A DNA stretch of 64,000 bases. It comes from Lachnospiraceae bacterium (lineage in GTDB: Bacteria > Bacillota > Clostridia > Lachnospirales > Lachnospiraceae). Shown in pieces: positions 8,536 to 18,530 of the stretch; position 1 is the first letter of the stretch, and each line of letters begins with the position of its first letter. Location of the stretch: contig JAKSRW010000012.1 in assembly GCA_024403355.1 (NCBI GenBank), positions 16,797-80,796 on the forward strand, given 5' to 3'. The notes under the pieces were generated by a model. It saw only the letters and a list, made by a program, of their open reading frames with translations. It ran no database searches and was not told where the DNA came from. Position numbers and translations under genes: made by a program.

Positions 8536-9993
8536 CTAATACTCTATAAATTTTAAATTACCCATTCCAAGAATTATTTTTTTTCCATCTAAAACAATAA
8601 TTTTAATCCCTTTTATTACTGCAGGTGATGATGCAATATTCCCCGATACCTTTAAAGCATTAATCATATTGCCAAACTCATTGTTCAAATGCCCTAAAAT
8701 GTTTCCATCCCTCTCTAGAATCATATAACCATTCTTTTCTTCTACAATAGAAACATAATATTCTCCATCTTTTATCACATCAAAATCAGCAATATCATTT
8801 TCATCTACGACCACGTGTGTAACACCATAAAGATTTCGGCAGCACCATCTTGACTTATTATCATACTTATACTCGTAATATTCTCTGTCAGGAATACTTA
8901 ATTCATACACTTCATCCATATTTGACAATAGTTTCCAAATTTGTAGATTATCTTTTTTACTTCCCCCTTTTAACACATTACTTGTAAGTACAATCTTTGC
9001 ATTTGTACTTGCAAATTTGTAATCATCCAAAACAACAATATTTACCCTATCATCATTCGAAAAGCCATGCTTTATTTCGCTCAAAAGCAACATACTTGAT
9101 ACATATGCTTTTTCAGCTAAATTATCTACCAATATTACATTTTTATCCGCAGAGAAATATTTTTCCTCCAGTTCTGTAAATTTATAGCAATTCCGTATGC
9201 GATTCCGTACACGTTCCTCATATAAATTCTTGTTTATGTCGTCAGTCTCCGTATTATTACCGGGAGTTTCTATGTTTTTTACAGCATGTCGAGATTCTTT
9301 TTTTTCTATCTTTTTTGTTTTTTTTCTTGCAATAGTTTTTCTATCAGCTACTTCATCAACATATCCCCAAATAGGCACCAATTCTTCATTTTGATAATCA
9401 TTGTTATCTGTAATTCTCCATTTATGACCGATAACAACCATTCTCCGTCCGTTTAACGGATTAATCATATAAGTATTGGTATCCTCTTTTGCATTATAAT
9501 CAGGTATTACCGGATTAGTATTGATTGGAAATTCTAATCCATCGTTCAATGGATTACATTCATACCTCATCATCTCCTCTTCCGATATCATATCGACTTT
9601 ATAATACAACGATAGCTTGCTTGGATTACCATATAGCAATCGCTCTTCGTCAGTCATACTCCACTCTTTAGCCATTTCATCTGAATAATCGGGATTACAC
9701 TCTAAAATATGACTACATTCTCTGTTAATACATGCACATACGACCTTATTCTTTTCTTTAGAATAACCAAAGCAAGGATCATTCTGGGCATAAATGCACC
9801 TACATTCTGTCTTTCTTATTCCATGTTGAACCTTTGATAAATTAGCAACTCTAAAGTCAACTTCTCTTCTTTTATATATAGCCCGAATGCACTTATACTC
9901 TACAACTTGGTCCACAAATGTTTGATCAAACATTGGATCTTCTTCTCTACTAAAGAACACATTGCTTCCAACAACAATATTGCTTTCAAACAT
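8536..9993 (-). CDS. hypothetical 485-aa protein; Cys-rich N-terminal region, no recognised domain
   Basis: RBS GAGGTGG. Third gene of a translationally coupled operon with an Hsp70-like ATPase. Contains a CRCIYAQNDPCFG…CACINRECSH cluster. Confidence 0.6.
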   Translation of the reverse strand: MFESNIVVGSNVFFSREEDPMFDQTFVDQVVEYKCIRAIYKRREVDFRVANLSKVQHGIRKTECRCIYAQNDPCFGYSKEKNKVVCACINRECSHILECNPDYSDEMAKEWSMTDEERLLYGNPSKLSLYYKVDMISEEEMMRYECNPLNDGLEFPINTNPVIPDYNAKEDTNTYMINPLNGRRMVVIGHKWRITDNNDYQNEELVPIWGYVDEVADRKTIARKKTKKIEKKESRHAVKNIETPGNNTETDDINKNLYEERVRNRIRNCYKFTELEEKYFSADKNVILVDNLAEKAYVSSMLLLSEIKHGFSNDDRVNIVVLDDYKFASTNAKIVLTSNVLKGGSKKDNLQIWKLLSNMDEVYELSIPDREYYEYKYDNKSRWCCRNLYGVTHVVVDENDIADFDVIKDGEYYVSIVEEKNGYMILERDGNILGHLNNEFGNMINALKVSGNIASSPAVIKGIKIIVLDGKKIILGMGNLKFIEY

Positions 9994-10004
9994 GAAACCA
10001 CCTC

Positions 10005-11477
10005 TTAATCAATCTCAGCATTCTTTTTAGGCGCTGGTGCGTCTAACTCATATGAAACTTTTAAATTTGAATATGTCCAAACTCTAAATACATCATCAGG
10101 CATACGATTAGAATGAATCTTTATCCTAAATACCATATCTGCATCTATATAACAGGATATCTGTAAATACTCATCACTGAACCCTCTTAATTTAACAGGA
10201 AAATATTCAACAAAAGACTTGTCCCCATCATCCTCACCATCAGAAAATACAAAACGTGCTTCCTTTGTTGCTTCAACAACACCAAATTTGATACACTTTT
10301 CTTCTGTCGGAACTCTTTGTCCTACTTTTAATAACGGATAAAATTTATTATTTGATTGAATAATTCCAATAGGTTTATTCAATGTATAACATCCTGGTCT
10401 ATAGGATATTTCAGCAGCTCCAGATCCTATATCCCACATCGCCGTACGCGGAAATAATAGTTTTTCTCTGTCAAAATATTCTAATAATTTAGACTGCAAT
10501 GGTCTAAGGCGGCTTGAACCGCCTTCGCAAATAATGCAATCTATGGACTCTCTATTCATTCCAGCTTCAGATAATGCTTTTAACAAGCAATCTATTGCCT
10601 GATCCACTTCATTCTCTATAATTTCATAGAAATAATCATAATCAATCTTTTCTAATGCTCTTCCAAATTTATCAAGCTTAGCTATTGAAATAGTTGCTAT
10701 ATCTTCGTCAGAAAGATTACACTTTGCTTGTTCACAAAGATTCAATAATCTAAGCTTAAATTCCGGGGCAAGATCATCATATGTAAAATTTTGATTTGTT
10801 TTTCTAGCCACTCTAGTACAGACTTTTTCTGCAATAATTCTATCAATATCGTTTCCTGCTAATGGCATACCCACTGTGGCAAGCTCATTAATGATATTGT
10901 TCTCGATTCGTAATACTACAACATCAAGAGTACCGCCACCCCAATCAAACACGGCTACGTTCTTATACTTTTTCATTTCGTTCAAACGACTACAGTATGC
11001 AGAAGTCGGCTCACTGATGAACATCTTAATCTTTATGCCAGCTTCTTTTGCAGCTCTACGAACACTATTCTTTTTCTTAGGAGAAAATCCTACTGGCACA
11101 GCAACTACAGCCTGGTCTAATTCCATCCCCCCCGCAGTCTTATCTTTAACATTTACCTTCAACGCTTTGAATAATTCAGTTGCTATATCTATCGGTGTCC
11201 ATTTTCTTCCAGCAATCTCCCATTCCTTATCTTCATCTATAACACTCTTAATAGATGAGAATACTCGGTAATCAGCAGAATCGGCAATTGTGTTTTTTGC
11301 ATCTAATCCAGTTTTAACCTCACCTGTTTTTTTGTTAATTGCCACAAAAGAAGGTAGTGGATTTCTTTCATCCTCACCTATTTTCCTTGCTTCACCTACA
11401 CGTTCGCCATTAATATCAGCAATGGCTACCACTGCGCTATTAGTTGTTCCAAAGTCAATTCCAAAATAATTTGCCAT
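10005..11477 (-). CDS. Hsp70/DnaK-superfamily ATPase (actin-like NBD) with a truncated or divergent C-terminal region
   Basis: N-terminal GIDFGTTNSAVV phosphate-1 motif. DWGGGTLDV phosphate-2 motif. A CEGGSSRLRP adenosine motif. Only 490 aa with no canonical substrate-binding domain or lid. Confidence 0.75.
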   Translation of the reverse strand: MANYFGIDFGTTNSAVVAIADINGERVGEARKIGEDERNPLPSFVAINKKTGEVKTGLDAKNTIADSADYRVFSSIKSVIDEDKEWEIAGRKWTPIDIATELFKALKVNVKDKTAGGMELDQAVVAVPVGFSPKKKNSVRRAAKEAGIKIKMFISEPTSAYCSRLNEMKKYKNVAVFDWGGGTLDVVVLRIENNIINELATVGMPLAGNDIDRIIAEKVCTRVARKTNQNFTYDDLAPEFKLRLLNLCEQAKCNLSDEDIATISIAKLDKFGRALEKIDYDYFYEIIENEVDQAIDCLLKALSEAGMNRESIDCIICEGGSSRLRPLQSKLLEYFDREKLLFPRTAMWDIGSGAAEISYRPGCYTLNKPIGIIQSNNKFYPLLKVGQRVPTEEKCIKFGVVEATKEARFVFSDGEDDGDKSFVEYFPVKLRGFSDEYLQISCYIDADMVFRIKIHSNRMPDDVFRVWTYSNLKVSYELDAPAPKKNAEID

Positions 11478-12574
11478 TATTCTACCTTAATTCCTTTTTT
11501 ATCTAATATCTTAAATATATTTTCTATTTTTACCCTGTATATCTCTCCTAATTGGATATCCATGTCATCTGCTTCCGATGCCTTAAAATCTCTATATTCA
11601 GCTTTTAATTCGTTAGCGATATCCTTTAAAAGAGCTCCCTCATCATTTTTCTTTAATGCATCAAAAGCGTCATTTATGGCCTTGCGCTCTTCAATTTCCT
11701 TTCCTGCTTCAACAAGACTCTTCTGTTGCTCTTGCATATTTCCATTCAATTCGCAAATTTGTCTTTCTAAATCATTCTTTTGTCTATTCAATTCTTCAAT
11801 TTGTAAATTGAGTTCAACTATATCTTTTTGGAGTTTATCCTCTCTGTAGACACCGTCTCTAAATTGCTTTTCGACTTTTGTATAATGTTCAAGAATAGAT
11901 TTTATATCATCTATCTTGCTCTTAGGTATTTGTTCTTCAATTCTCTCTCTTTCTATTGCATCTGCTGCTATTTTTTTCCCCTTATTCAACCACTTATTTA
12001 AATCATAATAATCTTTCAATGTGTCATTTTTATTAATAATATCTATGGCTATTTCAATAAAACTATTCACTATTTGGGGTGCAATTTTTAAATCTTCCCA
12101 TTCAGGAAACTTGTTATACTGTTTTTGCAATTCACTAAAACAATAATCTACTAATATAGGCCCATATACACTAGCAATTATAGGCTTTTTATCATCATTA
12201 ATTAAATTAATAAACGACCTAAAAACTCCTGGACAAATGACAATAACATTCTCATTTTTAATAAGCGTCATATATATCATTCCAACCAGTAATTTGACAG
12301 ACGCATTTTTTTTATTATCCTTAAACACAGTGTTTTTCTTTATTTTTTTCCAGCAATCCTGTATATCAGATTTTTGAGCTGACTCAAAATAATCAAAAAG
12401 CGCAGATGCCCTATCAATATCAATTCCATTAATTATAACTGATATAATTTCATCTGTTGTCTTTTCGTCATTTAAATACTTCTCTAATAATTCTGAATAC
12501 CTACGTGCAAGACTATAATCATCAAGATGATCTAAACATTCTTTCTGTAATTCTCTTATTTCATTTATTGACAT
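11477..12574 (-). CDS. hypothetical protein with a long C-terminal coiled coil (GrpE-like architecture?)
   Basis: 365 aa. Its stop overlaps the start of the Hsp70-like gene. Heptad-rich region between aa 200 and 330. Confidence 0.55.
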   Translation of the reverse strand: MSINEIRELQKECLDHLDDYSLARRYSELLEKYLNDEKTTDEIISVIINGIDIDRASALFDYFESAQKSDIQDCWKKIKKNTVFKDNKKNASVKLLVGMIYMTLIKNENVIVICPGVFRSFINLINDDKKPIIASVYGPILVDYCFSELQKQYNKFPEWEDLKIAPQIVNSFIEIAIDIINKNDTLKDYYDLNKWLNKGKKIAADAIERERIEEQIPKSKIDDIKSILEHYTKVEKQFRDGVYREDKLQKDIVELNLQIEELNRQKNDLERQICELNGNMQEQQKSLVEAGKEIEERKAINDAFDALKKNDEGALLKDIANELKAEYRDFKASEADDMDIQLGEIYRVKIENIFKILDKKGIKVE

Positions 12575-12810
12575 CTTACCAGTTCTCCTTTACAGTCATA
12601 AAAACATATCATTTTCAAAGTAACACATATTGCAAAAAACTATTATAATAATACCATAATTATATGATTTTTACAACTAAACAGACAAAAAACAGCCCAA
12701 ACAAAAACAAATCACATATATGCTCCTAACCAATTCAATATAAGAATTTTGTTCATTTCGTTGAATTGTTCTAACAATGCAACCATTTCCACTCAACGTC
12801 AAAAGCCTGC

Positions 12811-12845
12811 CGGCCACATTTGTCCCGCAGGCTTAAATACATATT
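12811..12845 (-). terminator. intrinsic terminator downstream of the acid-tail gene cluster
   Basis: Stem AAGCCTGC…GCAGGCTT followed by a T-rich tract on the minus strand. Confidence 0.45.
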
Positions 12846-12968
12846 TTCTCTTACCCCATATCCTCCACACATTTTTCAAAATGTGCACATCCAATACACA
12901 GCTTCCTGCACTGCCGCTCATTCCGTCGCAGGTTCCATAGCCAAAACAGCAGCCTGTTCATCATTTAC

Positions 12969-13412
12969 TCAGTAATTCTCCTCCCAGTAGTCATACGCAT
13001 CGTCCCAGTTGTCAAAATCATCCTCCCAGTCGTCGGCGAAATCATCGGCGTTGCTGTATTTATGTACATCGTAAATGTCACTGTAGTACACATGATAGTT
13101 TTTATCATTTGTGGAAGATGTATTTGTGTTCTTTTTCTTACCGTTTTTTTCCCATTCTTTTAGCTTTTGCATTCGCTCATAGCTTTCTTGACGTTTTTCT
13201 TCATCTTTCTTTATATGGTAATCACAGAATATTTCCTTCTCATCGCGGTAATTATCGCAGCCATCCTTAAGGCACTTTTTCGGAAGGTCCGAGAAAAACA
13301 TATGCCAAATATAAAACAGAATGGCTGCCAGAATCAGCCAGTCCGAAAGATCAAGCTTAGTTCCATTTTCCATGATTATGCTCTCCTCTTGCTGTAATAA
13401 ACCTCGTACCAA
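12969..13412 (-). CDS. single-TM protein with a C-x2-C…C-x2-H motif and a conserved aromatic-acidic C-terminal tail
   Basis: TM helix LILAAILFYIWHMFF. Tail IYDVHKYSNADDFADDWEDDFDNWDDAYDYWEENY. Paralogous to the 13585-14523 and 15889-16818 genes. Confidence 0.6.
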   Translation of the reverse strand: MVRGLLQQEESIIMENGTKLDLSDWLILAAILFYIWHMFFSDLPKKCLKDGCDNYRDEKEIFCDYHIKKDEEKRQESYERMQKLKEWEKNGKKKNTNTSSTNDKNYHVYYSDIYDVHKYSNADDFADDWEDDFDNWDDAYDYWEENY

Positions 13413-13588
13413 CGCGCCGTGCGTACGTAGGGCTTAGTCGGTGCATGCTCTGCGCAGCGCACCTCCTTCTGGAAGAAGGCGCAGGTCATATAACCCTCAC
13501 AATGCTCCCTGTCTGCCAGAAGCTTAGTGCATCGATTGATATCCGCATCCAAAGTGCAGATGTACTCTTCAGAATCTCCCATACTCAA
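13376..13588 (-). CDS. small Cys/His-rich protein (70 aa)
   Basis: Overlaps both neighbours (ATGA coupling at 13585-13588). Motifs CTKLLADREHCEGY and CAEH resemble the C-x2-H-x-C units of the upstream gene. Confidence 0.45.
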   Translation of the reverse strand: MSMGDSEEYICTLDADINRCTKLLADREHCEGYMTCAFFQKEVRCAEHAPTKPYVRTARWYEVYYSKRRA

Positions 13589-14523
13589 TAGTTATCCTCC
13601 CAGTAATCAAAGGCCTCATCCCAGTCATCAAAATCATCGCCCCACTCATCTGCGAAATCATCAGCATCGTAATAATTGTGTACATCATATGGATCCGAAG
13701 CCCCTGTCACTTGGCCCGAGCTGCTGCCGCTACTGCCTGTCGAAGACGAATATGTCGTATTCTTATAAGAATATGGCTTACTTTTATAAACGGTCGGTCT
13801 CTTCCAAGGATTATCACGGTAGTCGCTTATATGGAAAACCACACCCTCTACAACATTCACTGCAAATATTATGTCCCTGTCCTTGTAATAGTAATATATG
13901 TCAGAACTCTTATACCCTTTGCCTGTACCTATATGATTCCCTCCGTAGAAATACGCCGTGCCCAGGCCGGTACTTGAAAGATATCTCTCCGACATACCCA
14001 CATACGGCAATTCAACAGATTCTCCCTCGCATTTGTGGGTATAGCAATAATTGCTTGAACCGATTTTAACATTTTTACAGTTCGTGAAAACGCAGGTATG
14101 GTCCACACAATACTCGCCCCCTTGAATTTCCAATTTATCACAATCATATTCCGAACATTGTTTCTCTGCCTCAGCACGCCTAGCACTTATTTGTTTTTGA
14201 ACTCCATGATGATATTCACACAATTGAAAATACTCATCGTAAACTTCGTCACGGCAAGCAAACGCACCACAAGTATGAGCAAAACAATACTTTCTATTTG
14301 TCAGCTGCATTTTCATGCATAACTTTCCCCCGGAATATTTACATCTTAAGCCAAAAAAATATACAAGAAATCCCACTACAATAGCAACACCTATTACCAC
14401 AAGTATAACGATAGTCTTTTTGGCATTCTTTTTATTAAATTTTATATTGTCTACAGCTATCCAGATACCAAAGGACAAAGCCATAACACTCAGTATAATT
14501 ATATATATTTTTGTTTCCAACAT
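13585..14523 (-). CDS. two-TM protein with repeated C-x2-H-x-C-x4-5-C-x10-11-C-x2-H units and the conserved aromatic-acidic C-terminal tail
   Basis: Motifs YCFAHTC…CEYHH and YCVDHTC…YCYTHKC. Tail DPYDVHNYYDADDFADEWGDDFDDWDEAFDYWEDNY. Confidence 0.65.
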   Translation of the reverse strand: MLETKIYIIILSVMALSFGIWIAVDNIKFNKKNAKKTIVILVVIGVAIVVGFLVYFFGLRCKYSGGKLCMKMQLTNRKYCFAHTCGAFACRDEVYDEYFQLCEYHHGVQKQISARRAEAEKQCSEYDCDKLEIQGGEYCVDHTCVFTNCKNVKIGSSNYCYTHKCEGESVELPYVGMSERYLSSTGLGTAYFYGGNHIGTGKGYKSSDIYYYYKDRDIIFAVNVVEGVVFHISDYRDNPWKRPTVYKSKPYSYKNTTYSSSTGSSGSSSGQVTGASDPYDVHNYYDADDFADEWGDDFDDWDEAFDYWEDNY

Positions 14524-14690
14524 ATTAGTTGCACAATCCTTTCCAAATACGATATTTCATCATCCAACAGAACTCCGCAGCAACTTAAAAATCATAATCG
14601 TCAGAATCCTGACTCGCGTCCTCTACAGCAGAATATCCTCTTCCTACATCAGAGCTGTCCGGTCATCAGAATTTCCTCCTCATATTATTT

Positions 14691-14939
14691 TTATTTAGAC
14701 TCATAATTCTGATACTTATAACAATCCCAGCAATATATCACGTCACTTCTCCAACAGTTATCCCCACAGCAAATACATTTTTTCTCATCCTTACCATTCT
14801 GCTTCTTTTTCAGATCAACAAATACATTTTTACTTCTGTTAACAGTCATATTAATCATATTTTTCCTCCACAAATACATTTTCCAGTTTCTTAAACTATA
14901 CTCACCTAAGAATTCTCTTGTAATCCTCCCGATATTCAA
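14691..14939 (-). CDS. small Cys-rich protein; the true start may be an internal Met
   Basis: Motif CICCGDNCW…YCWDCY. Confidence 0.3.
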   Translation of the reverse strand: MNIGRITREFLGEYSLRNWKMYLWRKNMINMTVNRSKNVFVDLKKKQNGKDEKKCICCGDNCWRSDVIYCWDCYKYQNYESK

Positions 14940-15249
14940 ATGATAACATGATACAAGGGAGTTTTATCGGACTCTGAGAAACATTTAAAGAACATTTTAT
15001 AACTTCTATGTCGCCACTAAGCCGTCCTCCGCTGCGATGCCATTGTCATTATTACCACCAGCAGGTCATCTATCGGGCCCGGGCAGGCATCAATAGGTGA
15101 TATAACATATAAAATAGCTAATACAAGTAACATACCTTTCATTCCATTCTTCATAACGATTTCCTCCTGGTAAATAATTTTCTTTTTCGTTTTAGATTAT
15201 AGCGAATACTTCATAACCCTTTTTGCAAATAAACTGTAATAATTTTGAA

Positions 15250-15405
15250 TCAGTAGCCATAGCCACGTACTTGCTTACGCGTGTCAGCCTTTAACTCATT
15301 TCTGGACGGACGAGTGGCAAGCTTGTGATCCATAGTTCCCATTTTAATGTTAATCATAACTCTGTAGCGTTTAGCACACTGCTTCTTCATATTCTTCTCA
15401 AGCAT
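15250..15405 (-). CDS. 51-aa basic protein of unknown function
   Basis: Strong RBS GGAGGAAATTACA-ATG. Sequence MLEKNMKKQCAKRYRVMINIKMG… Not in the ORF track because it is under 60 aa. Confidence 0.3.
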   Translation of the reverse strand: MLEKNMKKQCAKRYRVMINIKMGTMDHKLATRPSRNELKADTRKQVRGYGY

Positions 15406-15888
15406 TGTAATTTCCTCCGTTTAGTTTGAACTTTTAACTTTGTCAACAAATAATGGTTTCATCGTTTCTTTTGTTGTTATGTAGCTATTATAAAGCAGAA
15501 TAAAAAAGCCTTTTCGTAAAAAAGTGTAAAAAAGAAAGCCTTTCCTAAAAACAGAAAAGGCTATTTTTCATAAAATATCAAATTGTGATTCGTTCAATGT
15601 CCTGGCGGGCTTCATCGGTTTTCTAGCCAAGCCCATCGCCTCCCAAACGGGCCTTTAGTAAACTTTTAAGCTCAGTAACGGCCTCTTCGCCGGAGTGATA
15701 CCTTCCGGTATCAACTAATCTATTCTCAAATTCATCAAACAAATCTGCCTGACTATCATAGTATAATTTCCTCAAAGCTGAACTACTTCTATAAAAGCCT
15801 GTAACAATCTACGTTTTTTTAACAGTTCCTGCCATTCTTTCATACGTAATGTCCTCCCTTTACTTGATCGATTTGCCACAATCCCCCC

Positions 15889-16818
15889 TCAATAATTATC
15901 CTCCCAGTAGTCAAAGGCATCATCCCAGCTGTCGAAATCGTCCTCCCATTCATCCGCGAAATCATCAGCACTGTAATAATTATGGACATCGTAAGGGTCC
16001 GCATAGAATGAATAACCCGAATAGCTATTTTTTTGTCCACCGGAGCTTCCGGATGAATTATTCTTATGCTTGTTATTATCTTCATCCAGCTTATATCTGT
16101 AGTCATTCGTAGAATAAACATAACCATACTTTGCATCCGCATGAAAAATCTGTTTTCCATCAACCACCCAGTCATAGGCCATATGCCTCCCGCCCCCTAT
16201 AATATCCATTTCTATCTTGGATTTGCTCGGTACTCCCAGTGAGCAAACATCAAAATATATCGTTTTCATACCAGCTCTGGGTAACTCGCCCGCATAGTGT
16301 TTTTCCTCACTGTAGAACCTGATATTCTCCGGATTCTTTTGTTTTAAAGCAATGACATGCGATTTAACTTCATAAAAAAAGTCCTGATACTTTCCTGAGT
16401 ATTCCCAGTTAAAATAGTGATCCACTATCTCAAATATGTCCCTGTAATTAACATTCTCTACAACTGTCTCGGAATATATAGAATCTAAAACTTTACTGTT
16501 ATCCTCCAAAAAGATATCCAACCAATAAAGGGCTTCGGCATCTTTATTCCCATATTTAGCCATTGTATCTAATTCTATTCTTTTATCGCACTCAAGATAT
16601 TCCCCTTTCTTAAGTGTATTATATGCTTCCTCGAGCTTATAATCGTCAGTGTTTATCCGGTAATAACGAACAGTTAATGCAATAATAACTATCAATACAA
16701 CCGCAGCAACCGCGATATAACACCTTATAATCTTACGCTTAGAAGCTGTTGTGCGTCCCTCTAAATTAAGCATTCCAAGCGAAATTACACCTATTATTCC
16801 CATTATTATTCCCGCCAT
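15889..16818 (-). CDS. two-TM membrane protein with the conserved aromatic-acidic C-terminal tail; third paralog
   Basis: Tail DPYDVHNYYSADDFADEWEDDFDSWDDAFDYWEDNY. The middle domain differs from the other two paralogs. Confidence 0.65.
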   Translation of the reverse strand: MAGIIMGIIGVISLGMLNLEGRTTASKRKIIRCYIAVAAVVLIVIIALTVRYYRINTDDYKLEEAYNTLKKGEYLECDKRIELDTMAKYGNKDAEALYWLDIFLEDNSKVLDSIYSETVVENVNYRDIFEIVDHYFNWEYSGKYQDFFYEVKSHVIALKQKNPENIRFYSEEKHYAGELPRAGMKTIYFDVCSLGVPSKSKIEMDIIGGGRHMAYDWVVDGKQIFHADAKYGYVYSTNDYRYKLDEDNNKHKNNSSGSSGGQKNSYSGYSFYADPYDVHNYYSADDFADEWEDDFDSWDDAFDYWEDNY

Positions 16819-16832
16819 TCAAGATAACCCCC

Positions 16833-17393
16833 TCAGATCCTCGACAGCACTGCAGGCATCGCCTCACCATTGATATAAAGCCTCGGTATCCCGTCATGTG
16901 TAACCCTGATGCGGTACTGGGCCAGGCTGTATTCAGTACCCTCCAGGGAAATAGTCTTCGTAGCCCTGCCCATATCGAAGCTGCTCGCGCCGAAGCAAAT
17001 CAGATATTTCGGGGCATTTCCCTGCATGATGATACAGTGACCTATGGGACGGCGGCTGATTCTCGGACCGGCGGCCGGAACCTCCGGCTCAGGCTGATAA
17101 CGATTAATAAAATCCTGCAGCTTTTCGCAGATTTCTGCTACTGTTCCTGCCCCGCAGCCGCGAATCGAATTAATCTCGCCAAGCCGCTTCGCCAGATCTC
17201 CTATTGTAAATATCCCGCCTCTTTTCAGGCAGTGTTCAGCCCTCGGCTGAAACTCCAGCGTATCTACCCCCTCCTTGCAATCATAAACCTTTCGAAGTTC
17301 GGACTCGTCCAGTCCCACAGCTTCATTTCCCTTTGCATCCGATGCTTTCTTATCAACCTTATTATTCAATCTGCTCTTCATGTGATTTCCCAT
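16833..17393 (-). CDS. standalone RNA polymerase alpha-subunit C-terminal-domain (alpha-CTD)-like protein
   Basis: The segment LEFQPRAEHCLKRGGIFTIGDLAKRLGEINSIRGCGAGTVAEICEKL matches the RpoA CTD helix-hairpin-helix signature (…SVRSANCLK…I…GDL…L…GKKSL.EI). Lies 15 nt upstream of the 15889-16818 gene. Confidence 0.6.
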   Translation of the reverse strand: MGNHMKSRLNNKVDKKASDAKGNEAVGLDESELRKVYDCKEGVDTLEFQPRAEHCLKRGGIFTIGDLAKRLGEINSIRGCGAGTVAEICEKLQDFINRYQPEPEVPAAGPRISRRPIGHCIIMQGNAPKYLICFGASSFDMGRATKTISLEGTEYSLAQYRIRVTHDGIPRLYINGEAMPAVLSRI

Positions 17394-17974
17394 ACCTTTC
17401 CACGATTTTCGCCTGCATAGCCTTCAAACAGTATCCATAGATAATCATCCTCATAGTCTGTCCGCAGAACCGTCCGCATAACTGCCGCGTGCGTGGCCCA
17501 TTCGTCATTTCCGGTCCCTCCGAAAGCCCCTTTCCCTAAAAAAGGGCGCAGTTAATAAAGCCGGGCAAAACCCGCGCTAATAAGCATAAAATCCTTGGGG
17601 TTACTTTCGAAATGAAAATGATTCTGTAAATTAGATCCTTTTGAAACGTTTTAACGATGTCGACTTCGTTGTGATAGTAATAATAACACCCTTTTAGAGT
17701 GAAATCAAGACCCATTCAGACAATACGTAAGCATATTCATTTCATATTGTCATTGAAATCCACCCCGTTTAATACAAATTGTAAGTATAACTTTCATATG
17801 CTCCTGCATACACTCCTACACCTTCCCTTCAAAACTCGTAACCACTTATGCCGGTCTCGGACTGCTTTTTATACATTCCCGGCTACCTGCAATCCACCTT
17901 ACCGGCTGCCCATGCAAAAAGCACCCTTCAGTCAGCCGGTGAGCCTACCCTCGGGGTGCTAATAAATCAACCTG

Positions 17975-18529
17975 TTATTTATTTGTATCTGCCGATTCTT
18001 TCTCTGCTTCAGGTGCTTTTCTTTCTTCAGGCTCTTTTCCTTCTTCTGCCTTCATATGCTCGTATCTGATACCTGCCGCCTCATCCTTCACTGTCGACAT
18101 GATAATATAGGTGGAAATACTTTTTATTACCTTTCCGTTTTGTCTGTAAAGCCTGTTTATCAGCTGATTGAAACTTGCATTATATAAATAGACGCCCTCT
18201 GCCATAATGAGGTCATTACCGCTTATAACGTGAACTTCCTTTATCATCCTTTCGCGGGATAAAATCTCAAGAACGCTCTCATAATTGTCCGGATATACAC
18301 CCAGCATCATCACAAACCTTGTCCCCATTTCAGGTACAGCCTTTTGGTTAATCACGGTCTTATATCCGCATATCACGCCCTTAGTTTCCAGGGCATCCAT
18401 CCGGGCCTTTACTGCCACTCGGGAAAGTCCTACCCGCTCTCCTATTTCAGAATAGGTCAGACGCGCATCGTTTTCTATTACATTCAGTATTTTATTATCC
18501 TTTTCATCAAGTTCAGAAATATCTATCAT
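17975..18529 (-). CDS. Lrp/AsnC-family transcriptional regulator
   Basis: N-terminal HTH (DNKILNVIENDARLTYSEIGERVGLSRVAVKARMDAL) plus a RAM domain. Confidence 0.85.
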   Translation of the reverse strand: MIDISELDEKDNKILNVIENDARLTYSEIGERVGLSRVAVKARMDALETKGVICGYKTVINQKAVPEMGTRFVMMLGVYPDNYESVLEILSRERMIKEVHVISGNDLIMAEGVYLYNASFNQLINRLYRQNGKVIKSISTYIIMSTVKDEAAGIRYEHMKAEEGKEPEERKAPEAEKESADTNK

Positions 18530-18530
18530 A

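Noticed and set aside
15640-15800. Minus-strand peptide fragment LYYDSQADLFDEFENRLVDTGRYHSGEEAVTELKSLLKARLGG, antitoxin-like in flavour
   Set aside because: It has only a TTG start with no RBS and an upstream in-frame stop. It cannot be confidently called a gene and may be a relic.
16896-17420. 174-aa ORF on the + strand
   Set aside because: It is antisense to the alpha-CTD-like gene, which has recognisable domain signatures, whereas the + ORF has none.
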